Shown here: in pieces, positions 12,961 to 27,162 of the stretch
Layout: each line of letters begins with the position of its first letter
Numbering within the stretch: the stretch's first letter is position 1
Origin: Octopus vulgaris
Lineage: Eukaryota
Length of the DNA: 64,000 bases
Reading direction: 5' to 3'
Assembly: GCA_951406725.2 (NCBI GenBank)
Contig: OX597817.1
Span: forward strand, 12,648,001 to 12,712,000
The notes under the pieces: model-generated
Databases searched by the model: none
Told to the model about the DNA's origin: nothing
The model's input: the letters and a program-made list of their open reading frames with translations, nothing else
Position numbers and translations under genes: made by a program

Positions 12961-13824
12961 TAACTGGTTTGAATGTTCATGTTTAAGGTTTATAACAAGT
13001 AGAAGTGATGAACAAGTGAATAGTCTTGAAGATGGCGACAGAAAGTGGACAACATAGTGACTAATAGTCACCAGTGGATTTAACTGGAATAACTGGAAAG
13101 GGAGGAATAAGTCCAGCATGGCCACAGTTAAATGACTGAAACAAGTAAAAGAGAGAGTAAAGAGTGACCAGAAGAATCACTGCTGAGCATTTTATTTGGC
13201 ATATTAGCAGCTCCTTGCTTTAATGAGTTACAATAATTCTTTCTAATTCTGACATAAGGCTGGCAATTTTGACGGGAAAGAAAAGTCAGTTACATTGACC
13301 TCAGTGCTCTCAGCTGATCCGCAAAAGATGAAATACAAAATCAACTTAGGCAGAATTTGAGCTCAACGTAAAGAGCCAGAAAAAATGCTGCTAAGCGTTT
13401 TGTATGAGTCTGGCAGCTCATGGCCTTCACCTGAGTAATACTGATAATTCTTAATACAAACACAAGACCAGAAATTTGGTCGGAGCTGGTGATTGACTAA
13501 ATCGACCACAATAATAAGACTGGTATTCATTTTATTAAAGCTGATTGTGGAAGCAAAAGTTGATCTCAGAATTGAACTCAGAACTCAAAATCAGAGGAAA
13601 CACTGCAAAGTATTTACCCAATGCTGTAATAATTCTGCAAATCCTTCACCCCAATAAAAACTTTCAAATTTAGACACAAGGGCAATAATTCTGAGAAGGG
13701 CCAATCAGTTGCATTGACCCCAGTACATGTGTGTGTGTGTGATATTCCTAAGTACCAAATTCCCTAAATTGTACAGCGCTGTCATGTAATATGTATCTAC
13801 TCAAAATATGTATCTTCTCTTTAA

Positions 13825-14665
13825 CCTTTTAGCATTTAAATCAACTATATGTGGCCCAATCACTGGTTCCTAATTTTGGCACAGGACCAGCAATTTCGGG
13901 GAGGAGTCAATTACTTTGACCCCAATATTCAACTGGTACTTATTTTATCAACCTTGAAAGGGCAAAGGCGACCTCAGCAGAATTTGACCTCAGAACATAA
14001 AGACAGATGAAATGCCACTAAGCATTTTGCCCGGCATGCTAAGAATTTTGCCAGCTCATTGCCTTATCTTACTCAAATATTTCTGTTTTACATTCAAATC
14101 TTCCAGATCCAACCTCTCACACCAACCCTGCAATGTCATTCTAAAAATAAACTGTTACATTGCCTAAATCTTATTTCTTTATTGCCCACAAGGGGCTAAA
14201 CGTAGAGGGGACAAACAAGGACAGACAAAGGGATTAAGTCGATTACATCGACCCCAGTGTGTAACTGGTACTCATTTAATCGACTCCGAAAGGATGAAAA
14301 GCTAAGTCGACCTCGGTGGAATTTGAACTCAGAACATAGTAGCGGACGAAATACCTATTTCTTTACTACCCACAAGGAGCTAAACACAGAGAGGACAAAA
14401 TAGGACAGACAAACGGATTAAGTCGATTACATCGACTCCAGTGCGTAACTGGTACTTAATTTATCGACCCCGAAAGGATGAAAGGCAAAGTCGTCCTCGG
14501 CGGAATTTGAACTCAGAACGTAACAGCAGACGAAATATGGCTACGCATTTCGCCCGGCGTGCTAACGTTTCTGCCAGCTTAGCCTTGGCATAATGCATGA
14601 TTAATTCAAAACAATGTGAATAAATAAAGCTTTACATTTGAGAGAGTAACCCGAATGCTAAAGTG
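13825..14665. mobile_element. TTAA MITE family 2 carrying nested SINE C insertions
   Basis: TTAA|CCTTTTAGCATT ... GAATGCTAAAG termini; reverse-complement homolog of 51994-52344. Confidence 0.7.
14173..14585 (-). mobile_element. SINE family C, head plus 2 body units
   Basis: Two tandem units of about 184 bp, with the tRNA-like head only at the 5' end. Confidence 0.88.
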
Positions 14666-14980
14666 CTAAAAGAGTTTGCTGTTATCTCACAAACCAAATA
14701 GTTTTCTGTTGAAGGGGTTCTCTTCTACATATCAAACTTAAAAACTAGTAGCTGATTAAACGACCTAATCGTCTGTTTTAGTACAACTATCCCAAGTGAT
14801 AGCAGTACATTCCATCAATCTACGATAACCTACTTACAGAAGTATAATACTCCTAGTTGTACATTCATCGGTCTGCAGTACCACTTGTCAGAAACACTCT
14901 GCATGAACCTATGGTACCTGCCATTCTAGTACACTACATCAGCTCGTGGTGCCTAATTTCAAACATATATTACATTAACT

Positions 14981-15478
14981 GGATCTTTTCGGTTTGAACA
15001 GCAGTTTTTTCTAGCGGTGTCATATGAAATTGTCACCCATAATTATGACCCTAGTATCGATCTATTGCATTTCAATCTGTTTTAGGGTTAGGGTTAGTGG
15101 GGGAAGGGTATATTTTTTCCTCAGAAATGTAAATAAACCCAATCTGTTTCTTAAACGAGGGAATATTCATACGGCACAGAATGTTTTCTCCTCAAATAGA
15201 CATCATTGATTGGTTGAAATTGCAGAAATTGAAGAAAAAAAAAACAACAAATATCTTACAAACTATAGAATTTTCTCAATAAAACCAAGAGAAAAAGATG
15301 TTTTATAAACACAGGAGTGGTTGTGTGGTAAGTAGCTTGCTAACCAACCACATGGTTCCGGGTTCAGTCCCACTGCGTGGCACTTTGGGTAAGTGTCTTC
15401 TGCTATAGCCCCGGGCCGACCAATGCCTTGTGAGTGGATTTGGTAGATGGAAACTGAAAGAAGCCTGTCGTATATATG

Positions 15479-15509
<31 letters not shown>

Positions 15510-15790
15510 GTGTTTGTGTGTGTGTATTTGTCCCCCTAGCATTGCTTGACAACCGATGCTGGTGTGTTTACGTCCCCGTTACTTAGCGGTTCGGCAAAAG
15601 AGACCGATAGAATAAGTACTGGGCTTACAAAGAATTAGTCCTGGGGTCGATTTGCTCGACTGAAGGCGGTGCTCCAGCATGGCCGCAGTAAAATAACTGA
15701 AACAAGTAAAAGAGTAAGTATACGAAGTTTAAAAGTGTTTAGCTACGTGGAAATTATTTTAAAAAACTGCCGTTCAAACCGAAAAGACCC
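14981..15790. mobile_element. Merlin-like MITE with nested SINE A (15311-15715)
   Basis: TIRs GGATCTTTTCGGTTTGAACAGCAGTTTT / AAAACTGCCGTTCAAACCGAAAAGACCC; 8-bp TSD CATTAACT/CATTAACC; shares TTAGGGTTAGG and TCAGAAATGTAAA with 433-599. Confidence 0.82.
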
Positions 15791-16180
15791 CATTAACCGG
15801 TTGCACTTAGTGACAACAGAACATTACATCAATCTGTGGTATCTGATTACAACAAGTACGTCACATCAAACCAGGGGTTCCTGTACATAGTTGAAGTTTG
15901 GTTTATAGACCTGTATCTGGCGGATGGACACAACGTCATACCAATGGGCATGATACGAACACCTGACCTTTCGATTGGTTACAGAATAAACTCTTATCAT
16001 CCACGTTTTCTACAGACGTTAGTGTCGTTTAACTTCCAAATCAACCCTCATTGAACGGACTCTTCGTCAAAAGCATTTCAGCTATAACTGCCTCGTCCTT
16101 TCGATGCATTTTTGGTAGAGTACTTCTTTGTTTAAAACAGGTGGTTGATTTGAGATAGATTAAAAGTCCCCCCAAAAAAG

Positions 16181-17284
<1,104 letters not shown>

Positions 17285-17557
17285 GAGACAGAAGAGGTCG
17301 AGGAGGAGGCAGACGCGGGCGGAGGAGGAGGAAAGTCTTGCATGAAACTGCTTTTCCCCACTTCAATCTTTCTTAATCTCTTTCCCTCTCTCACACACAC
17401 TCACTTTATCATTCATCACTCGTAATAAACACACACACATACCACATAGTCTGATGACTGTCAGTCAAATTCTTCTTTGATAAAATATTTGTGTGTATCG
17501 CTAAATGGATGGAGAGAAAAAGGTTTGTTTATATTTCTAAAATATAAACAGTTTTAT

Positions 17558-17701
17558 AGGCGCAGGAGTGGCTGTGTGGTAAGTAGCCTGCTAACCAACC
17601 ACATGGTTCAGTCCCACTGCGTGTCACCTTGGGCAAGTGTCTTCCGCTATAGCCCCGGGCCGACCAATGACGGAAACTGAAAGAAGCCTGTCGTATATAT
17701 G

Positions 17702-17754
<53 letters not shown>

Positions 17755-18032
17755 TTGTGTTTTTGTCTCTGTGTTTGTCTCCCCGGTGTAGAAGGTAGAA
17801 GGAAACGGAAAGAAGCCCGTCGTATCTATGTATATGTATATGTGTGTGTGTGTGTGTGTTTGTGTGTCTGTTTGTCCCCTCCCCCCCGACCAACATCGCT
17901 TGACAACCGATGCTGGTGTGTTTACGTCCCCATCACTTAGCGGTTCGGCAAAAGAGACCGATAGAATAAGTACTGGGCTTACAAAGAATAAGTCCCGGGG
18001 TTGATTTGCTCGGCAAGTAAAAGAGTAAAGAG
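17558..18032 (+). mobile_element. SINE family A, rearranged with an internal partial duplication
   Basis: Consensus head and tail; the GGAAAC(T/G)GAAAGAAGCC segment occurs twice. Confidence 0.8.
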
Positions 18033-18395
18033 TTTTATGCTCTATAAATTGAATATGTTTTTAATATATTTCAAATATAAAAATTACCACTACAATTCTT
18101 ATAACATAATAAAAAAGTAAAAACAACTCTAAACGTGATATAATAAAAGGAATATATTGTTTTCTAAAAGCCCATATTAACTTCTTTGCGATTGAGGAAT
18201 TTTATGCCGACACAGTTCTAATATAAGCGATGTATTTTTTGTGAAATCTTTTTTGTTTGGGGGGATTGGTACAGAAAGTGGTTGATGATTTGATATCCAT
18301 ATATACAAATGTAGATGTGAAACAATGAATAAATAAATTATATTTTCCATCTTCCTTGGTATTTGAAAATGCGAACTAACTTTTCAAAGATATAC

Positions 18396-18725
18396 TTATT
18401 CCTTTGTAAGTCCAGTACTTATTCTATCAGTCTCTTTTGCCGAACCGCTAAAACACACCAGCATCGGTTGTCAAGCGATGTTGGTGGGAGGGGACAAACA
18501 GACACACAAACACACACACACACACACATATATACATATACACATATATACATATACATAGATACGACGGGCTTCTTTCCGTTTCCTTCTACCAAATCCA
18601 CTCACAAGTCTTTGGTCGGCCCGAGGCTATAGTAGAAGACAATTGCCCAAGGTGTCACGCAGTGGGACTGAACCCGGAACCATGTGGATGGTAAGCAAGC
18701 TACTTACCACACAGCCACTCATACG
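18396..18725 (-). mobile_element. SINE family A, 3'-truncated
   Basis: Reverse-complement consensus match. Confidence 0.85.
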
Positions 18726-19226
18726 CATATGAGAAATTTGAAATAATAGTGTGGGGATCGAACCCTAACCGCAAGACATTCGGTTAGGGATCATGAGTAA
18801 ACCACCAGTTCCACGTGACTTATCTATATATCGACCAATCATAGTGAAGCTATAGCGTCATATGGCTCCAAGGACGATCTAAAATTCGACCCCTTTTTCA
18901 CTTAATAAAAATTGTTTTGCGCCTTACTCGGTCCGACAGCCAGGAGCAGATGATCTCGGGCTCTTACAGAAGGCAGACTGCTTAGACCAGATCACCTCGG
19001 GCTAGCAACGACTTCGGACGTTCACACAGGATGTACCACAGCTGGCCTTCTACAAGTGACAGGCACTCCTCCCAGTTGACAGTTATAATATCAGCATCTT
19101 TCTTTTATAAACAACCAACGCAGTAAATTATGTCCAGGAATAAATGTTAAAAATTCTTGAGTTTGCTTCATTTTTTTAAACACGCAGCTAGCTAAGACCA
19201 TACGACGGTGGTTTTCCACAAATGGT

Positions 19227-19610
19227 GGAAGCACTCCGTCGGTTACGACGATGAGGGTTCCGGTTGATCCGAATCAACGGAACTGCCTGCTCGTGAAATT
19301 AACGTGTAAGTGGCTGAGCACTCCACAGACACGTGCACCCTTAACGCAGTTCTCGGGGATATTCAGCGTGACACAGAGAGTGACAAGGCCGGCCCTTTGA
19401 AATACAGGTACAACAGAAACAGGAAGTAAGAGTGAGAGAAAGTTGTGGTGAAAGAGTACAGCAGGGATCACCACCATCCCCTGCCGGAGCCTCGTGGAGC
19501 TTTAGGTGTTTTCGCTCAATAAACACTCACAACGCCCGGTCTGGGAATCGAAACCGCGATCCTATGACCGCGAGTCCGCTGCCCTAACCACTGGGCCATT
19601 GCGCCTCCAC
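19227..19610 (-). mobile_element. SINE family B
   Basis: Full-length reverse-complement match, near-identical to the other B copies. Confidence 0.92.
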
Positions 19611-20118
19611 CTTTCCATAAATAACCACCACCACAATGGCGACCAACCCTCCCCCCTCGCAACATTGGTGACAAAGCAAGCTTACGATAATGATGACGAG
19701 ATCATGAAAACCAAATCTTCAACGTAGTAGTTTTATACACGACACATAAGGCAAGCAAATAGCAGTAAAATTCAAGGGCCAGATGCCGAAAGCGCATAGC
19801 TTTTACTACTGTAACCCACTCCACCTTTCGATATACAGCGTTGATATGTTTATAGCGAGTCTATTAACGAGTTAGACAAGTATTTTTCAACCACAAATTT
19901 TTATCCACGCAACATAGCAATTAAATGCCAATGCCAAGGAACGTTTCGTCCACCTTCGAATGCATGATTCTGGAACGAATTTTATCTAGAACCTCTCCGA
20001 GTTCGCAGTAACAACTGGTATTCAATCTCTTATTATCCTTTTCGTTTTAAGTGATTCCAAATAAATTGCGCTGAAATATAGCAACGGTCCCGTTTCTTCT
20101 GAAAATGGATGGATGGAT

Positions 20119-20502
20119 GGAAGCACTCCGTCGGTTACGACGATGAGTGTTCCGGTTGATCCGAATCAACGGAACAGCCTGCTCGTGAAATTAACGTGTA
20201 AGTGGCTGAGCACTCCACAGACACGTGCACCCTTAACGTAGTTCTCGGGGATATTCAGCGTGACACAGAGAGTGACAAGGCCGGCCCCTTGAAATACAGG
20301 TACAACAGAAACAGGAAGTAAGAGTGAGAGAAAGTTGTGGTGAAAGAGTACAGCAGGGATCACCACCATCCCCTGCCGGAGCCTCGTGGAGCTTTTAGGT
20401 GTTTTCGCCCAATAAACACTCACAACGCCCGGCTTGGGAATCGAAACCGCGATCCTATGACCGCGAGTCCGCTGCCCTAACCACTGGGCCATTGCGCCTC
20501 CG
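20119..20502 (-). mobile_element. SINE family B
   Basis: Full-length match, with (TCCA)n tail on the element strand. Confidence 0.92.
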
Positions 20503-20718
20503 CCGTTTCACCATTTAACCAGTGTCCAACTTCAAGCAGTGAAGTCAAAGGTTTGATAACAAACCCTTCCGACTCCACATCTTGTCAGAATACGGAAGCA
20601 GAAATTTTGCGACGTACTTCTACATCCAAACAAAAACGTTTTCACCAACTCCTTCACAAGATAGTCTTAGGTAATTAGAAACCTTCCTAACTGTTGAGAA
20701 GGATTAAAAATTAGTAAA

Positions 20719-21087
20719 GCGCAGGAGTGGCTGTGTGGTTCCGGGTTCAGTCCCACTGCGTGGCACCTTAGGCAAGTGTCTTCTACTATAGCCTCGGGCC
20801 GACCAAAACCTTGTGAGTGGATTTGGTAGACGGAAACTGAAAGAAGCCCGTCGTATATATGTATATATATATATATGCGTGTGTCTGTGTTTGTCCCCCT
20901 AGCATTGCTTGACAACCGATGCTGGTGTGTTTATGTCCCCGTTACTTAGCGGTTTGGCAAAGGTGACCGATAGAATAAGTACTGGGCTTACAAAGAATAA
21001 GTCTCGAGGTCGATTTGCTCGATTAAAGGCGGTGCTCCAGCATGGCCGCGGTCAGATGACTGAAACAAGTAAAAGAGAGTAAGAGTA
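20719..21087 (+). mobile_element. SINE family A inserted in the Gypsy gag relic
   Basis: Consensus match; AGTAAAG on both sides. Confidence 0.88.
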
Positions 21088-21208
21088 AAGGATAACCCGC
21101 TTGAAGAGTTTTTTTTTTTTTTCGCATTTACTGTCAACCATGCAAACCATATTAACACCTAAAATGAGCAGAGCTTTATTACTCATTTGACCGACTTGGC
21201 AGATGATA

Positions 21209-21588
21209 TCTTTATATATAAAAGTGAAGTTGTGTGAGTGTCTGTCTCCTACGATTTAGATTCCTAACTACTCACACATTTTGCGGTGCAGTTTAACCAA
21301 AACCGGGTATCTTATAGTCGTGATTCATATTGAGCCCTTCTGCGTATTAGCGCGCGTCTACGATGAGTCTACGATTTTAAAAAAAATTTACAATCATTTT
21401 TTTCCATTTTAATGCATTTTTTCGCTATTATATAAGGGAAGTAACTCTCTAAAAATGTCTACGATGAGTCAACGATTTATAAAAAAATTTACCATCATTT
21501 TTTTGCTATTTTTTGTCTATAACTCTCTAAAAATGCTTATATAGTTATTTCCCTTAAAAACCCGAGCAACGCCGGGTGATACTGCTAG
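21209..21588 (+). mobile_element. Non-autonomous Helitron
   Basis: A|TC ... CCCGAGCAACGCCGGG hairpin ... CTAG|T, no TSD. Confidence 0.9.
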
Positions 21589-22153
21589 TTATAGATATTT
21601 CTTATTCCAATATTTCTAACGCAGAAACTCATTAATTTCTTCCACTTGCTCTGAACTGTCAACATTTCGTAAAATGACTGAAAACAAAATACAGGTTCTG
21701 ACAGACTCACGCAATTGCAATTACGTCAATATTCTGTGCTCTCGAATTCTCGTTCCCGAAAGACTTCAAGAAATCGTTCATTCAGCCCTCGCGTGAGACC
21801 CACATTTTATTGGTATCACAACCATTTTGGTACCAACGCGCACATGCACTCAACCATGTTCTTGTAAATTAGTCACTCAACTGCAGAACAAATGGCAGCA
21901 CCATGGACTAAGCGCAACTACATCTCAATAAGTCGCGTCTTTTATATGTTTAAGACACAATTTCTAAATACGGGTTCCTGGTACATACGGGAACAAATCG
22001 TAACATTTGGTCAGTGAAATTTTTATGCGAATCGCGAAAACCGATAGTGAAAACCTTAGACGTTGTTAACCATTCTCCTATTCTCACTTATGCTGAGAAA
22101 TCTATGACCTTAGATCTTTTCACCCAATAAAAACTGTTTGGTGCCTAACTCAG

Positions 22154-22490
22154 CCAGACGGTCTCGGCAGATTGCTAAGACCAGACGATCTTGGGCAGAC
22201 TGCTAAGACCAGACGATCTCGGTAGACTGCTAAGACCAGACGATCTCGGCAGACTGCTAAGACCAGACGATCTCGGCAGACTGCTAAGACCAGACGATCT
22301 CGGCAGACTGCTAAGACCAGACGATCTCGGCAGACTGTTAAGACCAGACGATCTCGGCAGACTGCTAAGACCAGACGATCTTGGCAGACTGTTAAGACCA
22401 GACGATCTCGGCAGACTGCTAAGACCAGACGATCTCGGCAGACTGCTAAGACCAGACGATCTCGGCAGAATGCCAAGACCAGACGATATC
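22154..22490. repeat. 27-bp minisatellite (CCAGACGATCTCGGCAGACTGCTAAGA), 12 units plus a partial
   Basis: Units counted directly; one unit has a 1-bp insertion. Confidence 0.97.
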
Positions 22491-22904
22491 GAGCACTCAG
22501 GCCAATCCCCTTGGACATTCATCGAAAGCAGACTGCTAAGACCACACCATGAGCACTCGGAGAGACCACCTTGGTCAAGAAACGACACACACACACAATG
22601 TACCCCCTCTAGCCTTCCACAAGACACAGCGCAGTTCTCTCGTCCAGTTGGCGATTATATTATCAGCTTCTTTTTAACGTAAACACGCAACGCAGTGAAT
22701 CATGTCCAGCAGTAAATATGTTTAAAGGGAAAAGTTCGTGTTTTGCCAAACAATGTTGCGAAGCGGGGAGTGTTGATCGCAGCCAGCTAGACCATACGAC
22801 GTTGGTCTTCATCAAACACCCACCACCACAATGACGGCCAATCCCACTCTCAACATTGTGGCCAAGCAATTTTACGATAATAGTGTATTTAAATCTCAGA
22901 CAGT

Positions 22905-24095
22905 ACCTGCATGATATTTATGGTCTGGCCTCATTCCAATACTTCAAAACAGTTGTTTGATATATCTGTGCAATATAATGAGAAGTTTGCTGGAGAAGAT
23001 GCCTCTTGGATGTTGCAGACAAGAACGATACATTGAAAAGGAATGTAACGTCGCATTCTCCAAGCTAGATTAAAAGCCTTTTCGCTATCATTTTCTCTGC
23101 CTCTTCATGCAATCTTGGGGAAACTTAGCATAATTATCAGGTCAGCACGACAGAAGACGCACCAAGAAGCATCAAACACAAAAAAGCTAAAATAAAAATT
23201 TTAATGGCGTCATGAGTTTACCTTTGCCATATACAACTAAGTACAAATCCTCATTGAAAATACTGTACGTTCCATGACTAGAATGGATCTAGTGGAGGCG
23301 CAATGGCCTAGTGGTTAGGGCAGCGGAGTCGCGGTCATAGGATCGCGGTTTCGATTCCCAGACCGGGCGTTGTGAGTGTTTATTGAGCGAAAACACCTAA
23401 AGCTCCACGAGGCTCCGGCAGAGGATGGTGGTGATCCCTGCTGTACTCTTTCACCACAACTTTCTCTCACTCTTACTTCCTGTTTCTGTTGTACCTGTAT
23501 TTCAAAGGGCCGGCCTTGTCACTCTCTGTGTCACGCTGAATATCCCCGAGAACTACGTTAAGGGTACACGTGTCTGTGCAGTGCTCAGCCACTTACACGT
23601 TAATTTCACGGGCAGGCTGTTCCGTTGATTCGGATCAACCGGAACCCTCATCGTCGTAACCGACGGAGTGCTTCCAGAATGGATCTTTAAGTGTGGACTA
23701 CCAAGTCCAACACGAACTGCAGATGCAACTCTTAGACAAGATATTCATTAGACCGCTGACAATAGCATTCAACGCTTGGAACTGTCTGTTTACCAAAATT
23801 AAACACTTTTGGTTTCAGTTAAAAGAAGCTTATACAAGGATCAAACAATTGGTGACTGACTCAGGAGAAAAAAAATTTACTTTACGCTTCTAATTTGATG
23901 AAATTCGTTCACTCAAGTAGATTGCTATTGCAGTGACCTCATCTAGAATTACTGCAATATAGTTCACCGGTCGTAGGACTGCTCAGTTAGTATTTAAACT
24001 GCCATTCAACGTTGTACACAATGTCCATCCTGTTAGCAATATTGCCGAAGGATTTGAACCAGGAGAGATTCTTAAGCAGGCCAAGCTAATAATTT
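22905..24095 (+). pseudogene. Decayed Helitron Rep/helicase (PIF1-like) fragment, interrupted by SINE B
   Basis: Manual translation: LHDIYGLASFQYFKTV...EVCWRRCLL, SPS.IKSLFAII and IRS...IAIAVTSSRITA..FTGRRTAQLVFKLPFN...SNI...EILKQAKLII, matching the AVASSGIAATLL-GGRTAHSAFKLP region of Helitron helicases; many stops. Confidence 0.8.
23291..23675 (+). mobile_element. SINE family B with perfect 11-bp TSD
   Basis: TSD AGAATGGATCT at 23280-23290 and 23676-23686. Confidence 0.93.
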
Positions 24096-24171
24096 CTTTC
24101 TAATTTTGGCACAAGGCCAGCAACCTCAAGGAGAAGAAGCCGACTACATCGACTCCAGTGCATTATTTTAT

Positions 24172-24553
24172 GGAAGCACTCCGTCGGTTACGACGACGAG
24201 GGTTCCGGTTGATCCGAATCAACGGAACAGCCTGCTCGTGAAATTAACGTGTAAGTGGCTGAGCACTCCACAGACACGTGTACCCTTAACGTAGTTCTCG
24301 GGGATATTCAGCGTGACACAGAGAGTGACAAGGCCGGCCCCTTGAAATACAGGTACAACAGAAACAGGAAGAAAGAGTGAGAGAAAGTTGTGGTGAAAGA
24401 GTACAGCAGGGATCACCACCATCCCTGCCGGAGCCTCGTGGAGCTTTAGGTGTTTTCGCTCAATAAACACTCACAACGCCCGGTCTGGGAATCGAAACCG
24501 CGATCCTATGACCGCGAGTCCGCTGCCCTAACCACTGGGCCATTGCGCCTCCA
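24172..24553 (-). mobile_element. SINE family B inserted in an old SINE C-like copy
   Basis: Full-length match; TSD AGTGCATTATTTT. Confidence 0.92.
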
Positions 24554-24889
24554 CAAAGTGCATTATTTTATCGATCACGAAAAGAAGAAAGGTGAAGTCG
24601 ACCTCGGCAGTATTGGAACTCAGGACGTAGAGAACTGGAAGAAATGCCGCTAAGCATTTTGTCCGATGCGTTACTGATTATTGTTAGTCCTTTCTACTAT
24701 AGGCACAAAGCCTGAAATTTTGGAGGAGGAGCAGGCGTGTCGATTAAATCCACTCCAGAGCTTAGCTAATACTTGTTTCATCGACCACGAAAGGAAGATA
24801 GGCAAAGACAACCTCGGTGGAATTTAAACTCAGAACGTAAAGCCGGAAGAAATTATACTAAGCATTATATTCAGCGTGCTAACTATTCT

Positions 24890-25672
24890 TATTTCTTTAT
24901 TGCCCACAGAGGGCTAAACACAGGGGGGACAGACAAGGACAGACATACGGATTAAGTTGATTACATCGAACCCAGTGCGTAACTGGTACTTAATTTATCG
25001 TCTCCGAAAGGATGAAAGGCAAAGTCGACCTCGGCGGAATTTGAACTCAGAACGTAGCGGCAGACGAAATGCCTATTTCTTTACTATTCACAAGGGGCTA
25101 AACACAGAAGGGGAAAACAAGGACAGACAAACAGATTAAGTCGATTCCCTCGACCCCAGTGCGTAACTGGTACTTAATTCATTGACCCCGAAAGGATGAA
25201 AGGCAAAGTCGACCTCGGCGGAATTTGAACTCAGAACGTAGCGGCAGACGAAATGCCTATTTCTTTACTACCCAAAAGGGGCGAAACACAGAGGGGACAA
25301 ACAAGGACAGACAGAAGGATTAAGTCGATTATATCGACCCCAGTGCGTAACTGGTACTTAATTTATCGACTCCGAAAGGATGAATGGCAAAGTCGACCTC
25401 GGTGGAATTTGAACTCAGAACGTAGCGGCAAACGAAATACCCATTTCTTTACTACCCACAGGGGGCTAAACACAGAGGGGACAGACAAGGACAGACAAAC
25501 GGATTAAGTCGATTACATCGACCCCAGTACGTAACTGGTACTTAATTTATCGACCCCGAAAGGATGAATGGCAAAGTCGACCTCGGCGGAATTTGAACTC
25601 AGAACGTAACGGCAGACGAAATACCGCTGAACATTTCGCCCGGTGTGCTAACGATTCTGCCAGTTCACCACC
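24890..25672 (-). mobile_element. SINE family C, head plus 4 body units
   Basis: GGTACTTAAT recurs at 24985, 25169, 25353 and 25537 (184-bp period). Confidence 0.92.
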
Positions 25673-26759
25673 CTAAATAATAATTCTTTGTACAATAAGC
25701 ACAAGGCCGGAATTTTTTGTTTGTGGGTGGGGAGCTACTCGATTATATTGGCCCCGGTGCTCAACAGGTACTAATTTTATCGAGCCCGAAATGATGAATG
25801 GCAAGGTTGACCTTGGTGATATTTAAACCCAGAGCGTGAAAACGGACGAAATACCGCTAAGCATTTTGTCCGATTCGCTAGCACTTATTATTAACAATAG
25901 CAATGATAATTTTCTAATTTTGGCACAGCAACTTTTAAGGTAAAGGTTAAGTCGGTGGCATCGACTTCAATATCAGAGGGTACTTTATTTTACCGACCTC
26001 GGAAAGCTGATTTGAGCTTAACACATAAAGAGCCAATAATATTTTTTTCTAATTTTGGTACATGGCCAACGTTAGGGATATGGGGAACGAATTCGGCAAG
26101 GCATAAAACCACCCATAAAAAATTCGGGGAATACGAACCTGCAAAAAAATTGGCAAAAATGGGCATTTTTACCCCCCCCCCCCCCCCGCCATTTCCTTCA
26201 TTTTTTTACTTTTTTCAGAATTGTTTTCTTATTTTCAAAATATGCGGAAAAATACAAAGATTATGATTCTGAAAAAAATTCCAAAAATATTTGTAAACTT
26301 TTTAAAGAATTTTTTTTTTTCTAAATATGCGGGAAAAATAATTCGGTGAAAAATTTCAAAACACTTTTGTAGTTAGGGTTAGGTTATATCAAGTTCTTGT
26401 TAAACTCAAACCAGGCCGCCTAAACAAGTTGTTGAATTTTTGTACCTGCTCTTCCATATTATGAAGTAGAAAATGCAGTTTGCATTCATAAAACCAGCTT
26501 GGTTTTTATCTGCTCGCCTTTTTTCAGTGCTCACGGGGATTCCCCCGCGTGAGAAATACTGGTACAGTAAACCAGAGCTACTCAAAGTGATGGTCTGCAA
26601 ACCGGTGCCAGTACGCGGCGAGCTTCCAGAAAAGAAAGAAACATAAAATACTGATAAAATGCTTATAAAATGCTTATGTAATGCTTATGTAATATTGCAT
26701 TATTTGTTTACAAAATAAATATAGGATTAAAAAATTGTCATCTTTTATTATATTCATTA

Positions 26760-27162
26760 CTAGCAGTATCGCCCGGCGTTGCTCGGGTTTGTAAGGGAAA
26801 TAACTATATAAGCATTTTTAGAGAGTTATAGACAAAAAATAGCAAAAAAAAATGCATTAAAAATGGAAAAAAAAATGATGGTAAATTTTTTTAAATCGTT
26901 GACTCATCGTAGACATTTTTAGAGAGTTACTTCCCTTATATAATAGCGAAAAAGATGCATTAAAATGGAAAAAAATGATGGTAAATTATTTTTTAAATCG
27001 TAGACTCATCGTAGACGTGCGCTAATACCCAGAAGGGCTCGATATGAATCACGACTATATGATACCTGGTTTTGGTTAAACTGCACCGCAAAATGTGGGA
27101 GTAGTTAGGAATCTAAATCGTAGGAGACAGACAGCACACAACCTCACTTTTATATATAAAGA
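26760..27162 (-). mobile_element. Non-autonomous Helitron
   Basis: Reverse-complement copy with TC start, hairpin and CTAG end between A and T. Confidence 0.9.

Larger units (their letters stand above)
18751..22885 (+). mobile_element. Decayed Gypsy (Ty3) LTR retrotransposon: LTR-like repeats plus gag-protease relic, with nested SINEs and a Helitron
   Basis: Manual translation: EVKGLITNP...EILRRTSTSKQKRFHQLL...LGN.KPS.LLRRI (about 20535-20710), LADD.I, YWYHNHFGTNA.CTQPC gag knuckle (about 21808-21860) and RLLYV.D....FLVHTG protease (about 21935-21995). Diverged direct repeats at 18890-19690 and 22115-22880. Outer boundaries approximate. Confidence 0.7.

Noticed and set aside
15080-15100. Telomere or chromosome-fusion remnant (TTAGGG)
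   Set aside because: Only two to three units, internal to a TIR element with a TSD.
22150-22682. Repetitive ORFs (GRLLRPDDL and others) or a CRISPR-like array
   Set aside because: Head-to-tail 27-bp minisatellite with no unique spacers and no cas genes, in a eukaryotic context.
23294-23368. tRNA gene
   Set aside because: tRNA-like head of SINE B, continuous with the SINE body and bounded by TSDs; no proper acceptor stem or terminator.
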